Origin: Hamiltosporidium tvaerminnensis FI-OER-3-3
Taxonomy: Eukaryota; Fungi; Microsporidia
Length of the DNA stretch: 64,000 nucleotides
Direction: 5' to 3'
Assembly: GCA_022605425.2 (NCBI GenBank)
Contig: JAKIMF020000001.1
Coordinates: 1,364,001 to 1,428,000, forward strand
In this document: piece after piece, positions 37,920-47,831 of the stretch
Position numbering within the stretch: position 1 is the stretch's first letter
Layout: each line of letters starts with the position of its first letter
Program-made: the position numbers and the translations under genes
The notes under the pieces: generated by a model
Told to the model about the DNA's origin: nothing
Databases searched by the model: none
What the model saw: only the letters and a program-made list of their open reading frames with translations

Positions 37920-39528
37920 TCATATATGTATGTAAAATTTCATATATGAATATATTTGTGTGTATATGTGTGTTTCCTGACAGCGAATAAAGAGGCTCAT
38001 CTGTTATATTAGGTATTTAACTAAAGGGTTTTATTATGAGATTTATATTATAATATGTAAATAACAGTGTAGGGGATTCAATGGCTTTTAATATACAGTG
38101 TAGTAAGTTTACAAGGTTAACCCAATGAACATAAGCAAGGGACTAATATTAGAATATATAAGGATTTAAATAGGTGTAAGTAAGATAAAAGTATAATTGA
38201 AAGTATGCTATTTTTTAAATTGATTCTATCTCATTTCCTCTATTTCTTCTGAGATTGTGGCACTGTTTATTTAAGGTGGTGAACCACACAACAACACAAA
38301 CATGCTATCGAATTTACAAACCTTTGAGACTCAGGAATGATTTTACTAAAATTACGGAATGGAAAGCGTATAAAAGATGTAAACATATTATATGAAACGA
38401 ATGTAAATGTGCGCTTAGGAAAGATTGAAAACAACTGATAGTTCCCTGTAAGTTTAGGAGAATATATCAGCATTTTGCTCGAACACAAATATTCTTATCT
38501 GGTGATTATATTCAAACCCTTCTAGCTATTCTACCCTCAAAAATGATTTATGAGCTTAATAATTTCCATAAGCGATCATTTTTATGGCGAAATGTAAAGA
38601 AATTTACCACATAAGCCATTACGTGTGTATAACTGACAAATAAAAGATACTTCGATCGATTTCCAATAAAATGTTGAATATCTAAACTAAAAAGATATTC
38701 CGAAAAATTTACACGATGTATAACAGGTTTAGTATACTTTAACAAGATCGTATCAACTATGAATGAATTGATTCGAAATTCTTTTCCAAACATCACTGTA
38801 AATTTTAAAAATCATCAGTTCTTAGTGTATGTGCTATATTACTCACAAACAATAATTGTGTGGAAGCTTTAATCTAAAATTCAAGATGAATACCAGGCGA
38901 AGCGAAATATATAATTATATCGATACTGTGATGAATTAAGTGGAAATTTAGATTTAATCAACAGAATTTTCAAATTCAATAAGTTTTCCTGGTATTCCCT
39001 TGCATTTTTTAATTGAAGAGTGAAGGGCGTCTCATTATTATCAAAACATCCCACAACCACAACTTTTAAAAAAACGTGACTTTCTCATCAAAAACTTATG
39101 AAAAATATTATCGAAGCCACAATTTCGGAATGGAAATCCAAATGAAAAGATATACAGTGGTCACGCATTTCAATAGTACTAACAGACATGTCATTTAAAT
39201 TTAACCGTTTGCTTTTTTCTCTGTGACTCACATTTGGGATGCCAATAAAAAAAGTAAAGAGACAATAACCACAGATGCTAGGATATATTCAGAACCCGTG
39301 TTTTTTACGATTGGGCAACCGTCGGTGTTGACTTCATTCATGGAAAAGCCTTCCGAATTATTCGTATTCACAACAGACAAAAAAACAAAGAATATTTTAT
39401 ATCCAAAAGCACTTAATTAAATAAGTAAATATTATTGAAATAGAAAAAGCTCATTTTATTTTTTTAAGTTTTTGCTTTCTTGAATTTACTTTCTTTTATG
39501 ATTCAGCAACGCACGCGGAATAAGCTAG
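37920..39528 (+). mobile_element. Decayed, internally deleted Helitron
   Basis: 3' end has an imperfect hairpin TTCAGC-AACGCAC-GCGGAA, then CTAG|T (39525-39528). 5' end is TC-like and AT-rich with a GT microsatellite. Internal PIF1 helicase remnants. Confidence 0.8.
38230..39420 (+). pseudogene. Helitron RepHel PIF1-like helicase C-terminal pseudogene
   Basis: SSEIVALFI*GG (cf. SSGIAATLLxGGRTAH), ELIRNSFPNI, TDMSFKFNRLLFSL*LTFGMPIKKS (cf. TDLPFxFKRLQFPVRLAFAMTINKSQ) and KTKNILYPKALN*. Confidence 0.8.
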
Positions 39529-39643
39529 TATTAAATAAATATTTGAATGAAAAATTGGAAGATGTAAGATAATACTTTTATTAAAATTCTTAGAGTAGTA
39601 TATATAAGATCAAAACATGTTTTTTAACCATAAAAGCCTTTAA

Positions 39644-39711
39644 TCAGTTTTCTAAAAAGTCAATATTATGTTCTTCACAAAAGTTAATAACCTCAACCGA
39701 AACTAAAGAAT
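39644..39711 (-). pseudogene. Orphaned 3' end (22 codons plus stop) of the LRR-like gene, displaced by the retrotransposon
   Basis: Reading through the TSD in the host gene frame gives FFCEY|YSLVSVEVINFCEEHNIDFLEN-TGA, with ATTAAA overlapping the stop. Confidence 0.85.
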
Positions 39712-39727
39712 AATATTCACAGAAAAA

Positions 39728-42700
39728 AAGCAAGTATGGGTAGAAAGAAAAATGTTAGCAGCGAAATATCGAATAATACCAAAATAAAGGCTGCAAACGA
39801 CGCTGATGAGGTGAAAAAGAGTGATAGTGAGATACAAAAATGTAAGCTACACCCACCGGCGATTCCCCTACCTTCCTCCTCCTACACAACAATAACACCT
39901 CCACCACCAAGCCAAACATGCAGTAAAATGCAAAATAGTGGGCTTGACACCTTACCTTCGCCTAATGCACCAGTTCCCTCTTCGGTTGAAGTCTCTGCGT
40001 GCGAGCCATCGTACGACATGACAAGCCCCTGTACTCTAGCTATTCCGGAAGGTAACAGGCTAATGGCATTGCGGACGATATTCGATTCCGTAACAGCCGA
40101 CCCGAAGGAATGGCCTCGAATTGTTTTTTTTGCAGTACAGACAAGGTTTGAAAGAATGCCAAGAAATGGCTGGACAGAGCTTCACAGGTACTATAATGAG
40201 AAATTCGGCTGCACTGAAACTCTCGAAGTGTTAAAAAAATTGGCACAAAGTGAGATGGGAAAGGATGTAAAATCAGAAGAGAATGGAGAGCGACGTAGAA
40301 TCGCCACTTGTCTCGCTGATACATGCACCTTGACCGACACCACGGAGTACATAAACCTGAGAGATAAATTCTTGAGTAAAATCAAAGAAATCTCTGAGAA
40401 CGAAATTGGAAAAGTAGTGGTCCGAACTAGAAAACATCCAAATGAATTGGTTGATAGTAAAGTTCTGGATCTCATTAATCGAGTAGTCGGTGAATATGCA
40501 GGAGCTCATGTACCTGAGTCAATTACGGAAGCCGCGTATATCATGCAAGCTGCGCAGGTATGCTATGACGAGGCAACACGCAAAGAAAAGCCTAGATCCG
40601 CTTGGAAGGAAAACATAGAAAGTAAAATTTCTAAGTTAGTACTTTCCAAAGATCTTCTCGAGAAGGCTCGTAAGCAGGAAAAGCTCTCCACTTCGGAAAC
40701 GAAGAGCCTTAAGAAAATCATGCGAGAGTTTAATTTAAACTTGAGCAGCGTAACTGATCTTTCTGAGGCTTTAGTTAAGAAGAATGAGTCTTTGAATGTT
40801 TACGAGAAAAAAATTACGATGCATGAAAGTAGGAAGCAATTCCGAAAAGAGAATCGTATGTTTGAGCTTTTCCGAGGTCGATTTTATCGTGGGTTATCTG
40901 AGCGTTTGGAATCCGAGCATGTGGTTAGCCGTGATGAAATTGTGAGTTTTTGGTCTACAATGTGGAACAAAAATGATGACACAGTCACGTACGATGATTA
41001 TTTGATTCCATTTGTATCAGATAATCATCCGACCACGTTTCCTTCACTTGATGAATTTGTGAATATCATTAATTGGCTCCCTAATTGGAAAGCTGCTGGA
41101 ATTGATGGTATTTACAATTTTTTCATTAAGAAACTTACAACTCTTCACAAATATCTTTATGATATTGTGAAAGTTATATGTTTAGAAGGAACACCTCAAG
41201 CTGATTGGTTCTACTGCGGGCTTACGTATTTGATACCGAAAGGAATTCCACGAAGAGGCTCTGACTACAGGCCAATCACTTGTATGTCCAACCTCTATAA
41301 GTTAACGACAAAGTGTGTAACGAAAGTCGTTCAACTTGAAGTGGAAAGGCGAGGGTTGCTTGCAGAGAACCAATTAGGGGCGGTAAGAGGTGTGCAGGGA
41401 GCGAAAGAGCAGGCTCTACTGAATATTGCCTTAAATAAAGAGTACGGAAACAATCTTAAGGCAACATGGATTGATGTTAAAAAAGCTTATGATTCAATAG
41501 ATCATGCTTATTTAACTCAATGTATTGAAAACCTTAATTTACCTGATTGGATCCTGAAATTTATTAAGGTAATTATATCAAAATGGAAAATTGATATATC
41601 AGTAGGGCCTGAAAAAATCATGAGCAAGAAGATTGATAGAGGGATCCTGCAAGGAGATAGTCTGTCACCTTTGTTATTTGTGTTGTGTATGGATCCATTA
41701 AGCCGAAAGCTTAATGAAAAATACACAAAAGTGACAGTACAAACAGATGCAGAATCCCATTCTACTAATCATCTCTTGTTTATTGATGATCTTAAGCTCC
41801 TTGCAAAAGACAGCTCCACATTGAGTGCTATGACAGGCGAGGCAAAGGAATTTTTAGAGGTGATTGGCTTAGAGATTAACAAAGAGAAGTCAGCCACAAA
41901 TGATACGTGTTGTGAAGATACTGCTACTCTTCTAGAAGGTGTTAGTGTTTACAAATATTTAGGAATAATAGAAGATAGCAGAGGAATCCCAACACGTAGC
42001 TCATTTGAAGAAGTACAGAGCAAACTTATATCAAGAGTTGAAAGACTTTGTCACACTAGATTAAATGCAAAAAATTTATTTTCTGCAATCAATCAACATG
42101 CGATATCGTTAATCAACTACCACATAGGAGTACTTCGACTTGAACCAGCTGACTTCTCTAAGTTAGATGATGCAGTGCGTGCGGTGTTGGTTAAAAATAA
42201 GATACATCTCCGCCCAGGATGTAAAGAGCGGTTGTATCTTCCTAGAACAGAACTTGGAAGAGGCCTACATAGTGTTGAGTTGCGAAGCGAACATATGCTT
42301 CTGCAACTCTTGGATTGTCTGGAAAAAAGTAAAGAAATATCAACTAGACGAGCAGCAATCCTCAAGGTGGAGAATAATAATAAAACCCATCTTGCACTAA
42401 TAAAAGGCTTCTTAAAAGTAAAGTACAGGTTGGCAGAAGAAGTCACTAAGAAAAGTTTAGAAGAAGCTCAACTTGCAAAACTATATAACGAAATAGAAAA
42501 ACGAAAACTCCATTCAAAGTTATATAATGCAAGGAAAAATGAGCTTGTGAGTGTTAGTGACTCTTCAAGATGGCTAAAGAGAGGAAATATTAGGCCACGA
42601 AATGAAGCTGTGTTCTGCTATATCCAGGATAGAAATGTATTCTGGGGAGCAGATGGTGTGTGTCAACATTGCGGGAAGTCTGGTAAGACTGTGGATCATC

Positions 42701-43540
42701 TAGCAACTAGATGTGAAAAAATGCTAGGCCATGATTACACTAGACGGCATAATGAAGTGGTTAGATGCCTACACCTTCTCCTTCTAAATAGATATAAGTT
42801 TAAGTCTTCAAAACGAATAAGGAGCCACTCGGTTCAAGAAATTCTTGATAATGAGTATGCAGAGATAAGAGTGGACACCAGAATTAAAACTGATGTTAAA
42901 ATTCGGAATAACAGACCAGACATATTTATTTTAGATAAGAAGAAGAATAAGATAACACTCATTGAAGTAGGAATCACTTCCCAAGATTCACTTCAAATAG
43001 TTGAAACTGAAAAACTTAGGAAGTATGACCTGCTAGCCAATGAGTTGGGCCTTATTTATAAGTGTAGTGTTGAGATAATCCCTTATGTGATGACCTGGGA
43101 CGGTATTGTGACAAAATACCATAAATCTCATCTTAAAAGACTAGAAATACCCATGAATGTAGAAGCATACATTCAGTCTATAGTACTTAAAAAGACAGTC
43201 GAAACTATTTCCTTTGATCGACGAAGAGGACTTGAGTCAGGACTAAATGCCGAAGAGAGCTGGGAGAGAGCGTCAATGGGTGTTATTATGAGATCAGAGA
43301 TGCATGAGGAACCAATACCCCCTTTAAAAGAAGCGAAAACAGAGGAAGATGGTGCCAAAAATTTTAAACCAAAATATAAAGCCCCCTTTATTTTACAAGG
43401 AGGAACCACTTTAGAGGAACCGACCAATAACATAAATGAAGAGTCGGATTTGGAAGAAGAGACAAAAGTGGTTAAAGAGGTAGAAGAAAACATGTAAAAA
43501 ATGGTAAAAAATATTTTAACCCAGAATTTTATTAAATAAA
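39728..43540 (+). mobile_element. Intact full-length R4/Dong-like RLE non-LTR retrotransposon, copy 4
   Basis: 16-bp TSD AATATTCACAGAAAAA at 39712-39727 and 43541-43556. Single uninterrupted ORF; 43-nt 3'UTR ending ATTAAATAAA. Confidence 0.97.
39736..43497 (+). CDS. Retrotransposon polyprotein: reverse transcriptase + CCHC knuckle + restriction-like endonuclease
   Basis: 1253 aa. YRPITC, WIDVKKAYDSI, GILQGDSLSPLLF, FIDD, YKYLG, CQHC-x8-H-x4-C, RHNEVV and RPD...LIEV...K..KY motifs. Confidence 0.97.
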   Translation: MGRKKNVSSEISNNTKIKAANDADEVKKSDSEIQKCKLHPPAIPLPSSSYTTITPPPPSQTCSKMQNSGLDTLPSPNAPVPSSVEVSACEPSYDMTSPCTLAIPEGNRLMALRTIFDSVTADPKEWPRIVFFAVQTRFERMPRNGWTELHRYYNEKFGCTETLEVLKKLAQSEMGKDVKSEENGERRRIATCLADTCTLTDTTEYINLRDKFLSKIKEISENEIGKVVVRTRKHPNELVDSKVLDLINRVVGEYAGAHVPESITEAAYIMQAAQVCYDEATRKEKPRSAWKENIESKISKLVLSKDLLEKARKQEKLSTSETKSLKKIMREFNLNLSSVTDLSEALVKKNESLNVYEKKITMHESRKQFRKENRMFELFRGRFYRGLSERLESEHVVSRDEIVSFWSTMWNKNDDTVTYDDYLIPFVSDNHPTTFPSLDEFVNIINWLPNWKAAGIDGIYNFFIKKLTTLHKYLYDIVKVICLEGTPQADWFYCGLTYLIPKGIPRRGSDYRPITCMSNLYKLTTKCVTKVVQLEVERRGLLAENQLGAVRGVQGAKEQALLNIALNKEYGNNLKATWIDVKKAYDSIDHAYLTQCIENLNLPDWILKFIKVIISKWKIDISVGPEKIMSKKIDRGILQGDSLSPLLFVLCMDPLSRKLNEKYTKVTVQTDAESHSTNHLLFIDDLKLLAKDSSTLSAMTGEAKEFLEVIGLEINKEKSATNDTCCEDTATLLEGVSVYKYLGIIEDSRGIPTRSSFEEVQSKLISRVERLCHTRLNAKNLFSAINQHAISLINYHIGVLRLEPADFSKLDDAVRAVLVKNKIHLRPGCKERLYLPRTELGRGLHSVELRSEHMLLQLLDCLEKSKEISTRRAAILKVENNNKTHLALIKGFLKVKYRLAEEVTKKSLEEAQLAKLYNEIEKRKLHSKLYNARKNELVSVSDSSRWLKRGNIRPRNEAVFCYIQDRNVFWGADGVCQHCGKSGKTVDHLATRCEKMLGHDYTRRHNEVVRCLHLLLLNRYKFKSSKRIRSHSVQEILDNEYAEIRVDTRIKTDVKIRNNRPDIFILDKKKNKITLIEVGITSQDSLQIVETEKLRKYDLLANELGLIYKCSVEIIPYVMTWDGIVTKYHKSHLKRLEIPMNVEAYIQSIVLKKTVETISFDRRRGLESGLNAEESWERASMGVIMRSEMHEEPIPPLKEAKTEEDGAKNFKPKYKAPFILQGGTTLEEPTNNINEESDLEEETKVVKEVEENM

Positions 43541-45836
43541 AATATTCACAGAAAAAGGCAACATTATTAGGATAATTTAATTTCATTTTATGAAGTAAAG
43601 TCAAATCGTATGCTTCAATATTTTTAAAACGAATAAAAACCAACTGTATTTTTCTAAAGTTATAACAATATTCAAATATATTTAAATTCAAATTTCTAAT
43701 ATCAAGTCCAAGACGTATAATCTTTTTATTTTCTAATATTTTATTCAGTAGATTTAAAAACATTTCATTTTTCTGCTGATAAACACCAATATGAAGTTCT
43801 TTTAAATTCTTTAAATTTGAAATCACGGATGCATCATTCACATCAAGTTTAACACATTGTAAAACCAGAATGTTTAAATTAGAAATATCAAACAAATGCG
43901 AGAAAGCAAATAATATTGGCAAACATGTAGTGATATTTTCATTCATTTTAATTTTCAAATATTCTAACTTTGATACGGATTTGTATTTTAGAGTTTTGTA
44001 TATATTAGCTGCACTGTTTACCATCATTTTTTTGAATACTGGATCAATATTTTTTATGTATATCTTAAAAAAGATGAGATTTCGAAACAAAGAAATGAAT
44101 TTTATAAAATTCATATTTAAAGTTAGAATGGTATTTTTTACCGTAATCACTCGAAGATTATAATTAAAAATTTTATATTTTTGGCATAACTCCGAGGGAA
44201 TAGAGGAATTGAATATTTTTATAGAAATTAAATTCTTATTTTCTATAATATTTCTTATTAATATATCTGTAAAAATAATATTTTCCAAAATAATGTCTTG
44301 TAATTTTTGCATCTGAAAAATATAATTTACCAATTTAGGATGAATTGTTTCGCTAGGTTCATTTTGTTCCATATTGATATAAACTGCTTTGACATTTGAA
44401 CAGAAAAAGAATTTCTTTTTATATTTTTGAAGCTGATGGTTATTGTTGCTTAATATTGCTTTTATTCGTCTCAAAAGATAGAAAGATCTCATAAAGCATA
44501 ATTCACAATGCAAAAAAGATATATTAGATTTCTTAATATAAAAAATTAAATTTTCCGAAATATTTTGGAGGAGATCATTTTTTTGACATATCATTACAAG
44601 ATTGATACATTTGTATTTTAAATAAATATTTTTGTGGGTTTTTGCAAATTTGTTAAGTTCAAATAAAATATCATAATAAGCATCTTGACTTTTTATTACT
44701 AATTTTTTTATATTTTCACAATGTTTAAGAATCACAAGTACTTCCTCGATATTTAAATCGCAACTAATTTTCACATATTCTGTGATCTGAAAATAACCAA
44801 AAAGTAATAAAGCCTTTATACCGGTTTTGTTGTTCAGCATATCTGTTAAAATAATTTTTTTGAGATTATTCGGTTTAATTAAATTAATAAGATTAAATAT
44901 TTTTTTGCTTGGTTCTTTTTTAGTAAATACAAAGCAAAATGTATCAACTATACAGTATTTAATAAAGAAGCAAATACAATTTTTACCCCAGTCTGTGCTC
45001 AAAAGTTTTTCAAGGTGTATTATTATATTAGGCTCAAAGATTAAAATACTTGTATTGCTAAGCTTTTCTTTATACCGCATATAAACTTGAAAACTTATAA
45101 TTATTTTGAAATCAAGGACCAAGGAATTGGTTTTAAGCAATAAAAATGTAAAATTGCTTATTTTTTCAATTAACAAAAATTTCAGAAATATATTATATAG
45201 ATATTCTAAAGACATATCGAACCTATCATAATCGTATTGTTTGGAATTCAGAAATTTATTCAATTTTCTAAAATCAAAATTCCTATTCAAAATACTATTA
45301 AGCAATAAATATTTAAAAAATGTATTGTTTTTAGTTGTTCTTTTAAATCCTAAAATTTCCAAAACGGTCAAAATATTAATAAAATCAATAAAAGATAAAG
45401 TATTTAAGAAGACATCATTATTTGTAGCATATCTTGTAAATCTAAGAAGAAAGTCATAAGACAGCTGGCCTAAAAAAAAAATTATAGTAAAAAGATTGTC
45501 TTGTTCTCGATCATCGGCAAATAAGTCTAAAATAATGTTTTCGGAATCAGAAATTTCTATGGTATTTGGAGTATAATACTTTATTTGATCGTTTCTTAAA
45601 ATGCATTTCAGGTATTGGTTTTGTAAAAGAAAGACGGATTTAAATGATTTCAGAATGTATTTATTTTTTAATTGAAATTCAAAAATAACGGTTTCTTCGT
45701 TTTCAATATAATTCATTCCAATTTCCGTATTTTCGATTGAATAAAATATTACATTCTTGCCAATAACCGATAGAAAATATAAATTTAAACTGAATACTAA
45801 CGATGACAAGCGCTCTTTAAAATAAACAATCCGCAT
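43173..45836 (-). CDS. LRR-like lineage-specific protein, now chimeric: 765 host aa plus 122 aa from the antisense strand of the retrotransposon
   Basis: Repeated LxxLxIxx patterns (LQDIILEN, LISIKIFN, LEYLKIKM, LKELHIGV) and a hydrophobic N-terminal segment. Sequence after FFCEY is element antisense. Confidence 0.75.
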   Translation of the reverse strand: MRIVYFKERLSSLVFSLNLYFLSVIGKNVIFYSIENTEIGMNYIENEETVIFEFQLKNKYILKSFKSVFLLQNQYLKCILRNDQIKYYTPNTIEISDSENIILDLFADDREQDNLFTIIFFLGQLSYDFLLRFTRYATNNDVFLNTLSFIDFINILTVLEILGFKRTTKNNTFFKYLLLNSILNRNFDFRKLNKFLNSKQYDYDRFDMSLEYLYNIFLKFLLIEKISNFTFLLLKTNSLVLDFKIIISFQVYMRYKEKLSNTSILIFEPNIIIHLEKLLSTDWGKNCICFFIKYCIVDTFCFVFTKKEPSKKIFNLINLIKPNNLKKIILTDMLNNKTGIKALLLFGYFQITEYVKISCDLNIEEVLVILKHCENIKKLVIKSQDAYYDILFELNKFAKTHKNIYLKYKCINLVMICQKNDLLQNISENLIFYIKKSNISFLHCELCFMRSFYLLRRIKAILSNNNHQLQKYKKKFFFCSNVKAVYINMEQNEPSETIHPKLVNYIFQMQKLQDIILENIIFTDILIRNIIENKNLISIKIFNSSIPSELCQKYKIFNYNLRVITVKNTILTLNMNFIKFISLFRNLIFFKIYIKNIDPVFKKMMVNSAANIYKTLKYKSVSKLEYLKIKMNENITTCLPILFAFSHLFDISNLNILVLQCVKLDVNDASVISNLKNLKELHIGVYQQKNEMFLNLLNKILENKKIIRLGLDIRNLNLNIFEYCYNFRKIQLVFIRFKNIEAYDLTLLHKMKLNYPNNVAFFCEYFYLIKFWVKIFFTIFYMFSSTSLTTFVSSSKSDSSFMLLVGSSKVVPPCKIKGALYFGLKFLAPSSSVFASFKGGIGSSCISDLIITPIDALSQLSSAFSPDSSPLRRSKEIVSTVFLSTID

Positions 45837-46878
45837 TTGATATAAGGATTAAATCACCAAAAATATATAAACGATCTTTTTATCCTATCTTTACTATTTT
45901 TTTCTATTTTTATTATCTTTTTAATCAAAATTTTATTAATTGTTTTTAAAATAGTTTTAAAATTAATTTTTATAATATGGCAACTAAAGTTTAATTTTTT
46001 TAAATATTCATACACTGGCAAATCTTAAGAACATATTAGGTTATATTTTTATTTGAAATAAATTTTTTGGTTAGATAGTTTCGCTAATATTCTAAACTTT
46101 TTTTTATTGCAAGCAAATTACAAATTTTTAATCGCTAAGATACATTCTAAGATTAAAATATGCTCTATCTATATTTATTAGTTAATTAAAAATTATTTAA
46201 TTCTAATAAATACTTAAAAAGAAAGAATAAACCGATGCTTTCAAAATCGGCGTACGAATAAGGATTTTACAGTACAAAATAGTAAAAATTAGATTAATAT
46301 ATTCAATGAGAATGGTTATTTACACGTATTTAACAATATTTTTCAAGAATTACTTCTGTTTGAAACGATATACGTAGTAATTTCTTTACGAATAAATTAG
46401 AGAATCACAATTATTGTATTATTAAGCAATTTAGTAATAAAGATTGCATATATATTAAGCCAAATAAAATATACACTTATTCGAAACATTATAATAAAAT
46501 GTTTAAGAATAATCAGATTGATAAAAATTGTTCGTATTAAGTTATTTCACTTTTGATTATTTTGAGTTATACATATTCCTTCCTCTATTTTAATCGACTC
46601 GCACCTTGCGTTTATATCTCTTGATGTATTTTAACGAAATACTTTATATTCCGTTATTTTATCAGTACTTTGAGGCTATATAATTTGGATGTTGCGATAT
46701 ATAAAACGATTTTACCTAAAGGCATGACTGTGTAGTTGATATGTTAGTTTTTATTGCTTCTGAGAATTCATTACCTTTTCTTATGTTTTTTTCCAACTCT
46801 TATTGATACGTAAAGGCGAATTTGGCTTTTTTATTTATCAGAAAAACTAGTTATATAAATAATATATTTTCAATTAGT

Positions 46879-47831
46879 TGTGGAGGGAGGATAACCACAT
46901 AAAAAACTTTCTGCTTGGCAATGAGTGTGTGAAACTGGTGTGAGATCATTGTTTGGATTTTTGGTGGGAATAAAACCACACTACATCTTCGGTTGTTCCA
47001 TTGGAGTTGTTATGAAGAAGAGAGGTCTAAGAAATGGAGAAACTTTTTCTACAAATTTATTTGTAGTTTTTTATGTAACCAGATTGCAGACAGCAGCTGA
47101 ACATGTAGGTAATTGCCATGTAAAAGCATGGAAACCTAGCCTTGTTCACACGGGTTAGAAGACTTAGCGCCTGGGAGATATAAAAATAAAAACCATTAAA
47201 AGCCGGGAGAGCTAAGTAGCAGGTTATACCTGTTGGTATGACATTGCACTATCTAAGTGGACCTCATGTAAATCTCTGAAATATATCTTAGCTAGAAGTT
47301 TATTGGTTTAGAAAGTGTAGAGTAAGTGGGAATGCTGCATAATCTTGGGGGAGCCTAGGGGGGGCTTCGGCCTTCGATCACACTCCAGGCAACGGACATT
47401 AACGAACTCCGGGCAACTGCCTCGCCTATTTATTAGGTTCTACACACCTGGTAGATGAAAGGCTTTGGTAAGTAGGTATCGCAGGGGTTAGCGATGGAGT
47501 GTTGGGGTAGCAGTCATTTATGTTAAACCTAGAACTGCGTTAATGTCATAAAAACAAATATAACACTTGCCATTATTTTAAAAAGATGTGATACTTTTAA
47601 ATAAAGTCTTTCATTTAGTATCAATAAGTAAAGAGGGATAGACACCTTAAACCCTGTCTGCTCGGCAATGAGTGTATACACTTCGTAGCAAAAACATTGT
47701 GGCTATTATGGTAGGATATAAACACATCAGACCTATAGACTAATTCTCTCTAATCTGGAATTAAAGCAGATTAAAAGAGACCGACGGAAAACTTTTATTT
47801 GTGAATCCTCGATACCGAAAGGTAAAAGAAG
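46879..47831 (+). repeat. Unclassified modular repeat family, composite copy A-C-A-B
   Basis: Head module at 46879-46982 recurs at ~47633-47730 (CTGCTYGGCAATGAGTGT...GGA.ATAAA.CAC) and is followed by the B tail. Confidence 0.8.

Noticed and set aside
38058-38273. Apparent CAGTG...CACTG inverted repeats suggesting a Tc1-type MITE
   Set aside because: No TA TSD, and the right arm lies inside the Helitron helicase motif.
40040-42446. Recurrent antisense and alternate-frame ORFs inside the retrotransposon (also 7434-7987, 9598-9924, 14124-14459, 31199-31528, 33133-33601)
   Set aside because: They recur only because the element copies are near-identical; they are shadows of the RT ORF with no recognisable domains.
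46885-46945. Head module A translates to HLLGNECVKLV, reminiscent of the RapGAP HxGND motif
   Set aside because: Followed by a stop, frame not kept among copies, and no other RapGAP motifs.
46925-47158. ORFs within the modular repeat (also 63562-63819 and 25290-25538)
   Set aside because: Reading frames are not conserved between repeat copies, so they are not called as genes.
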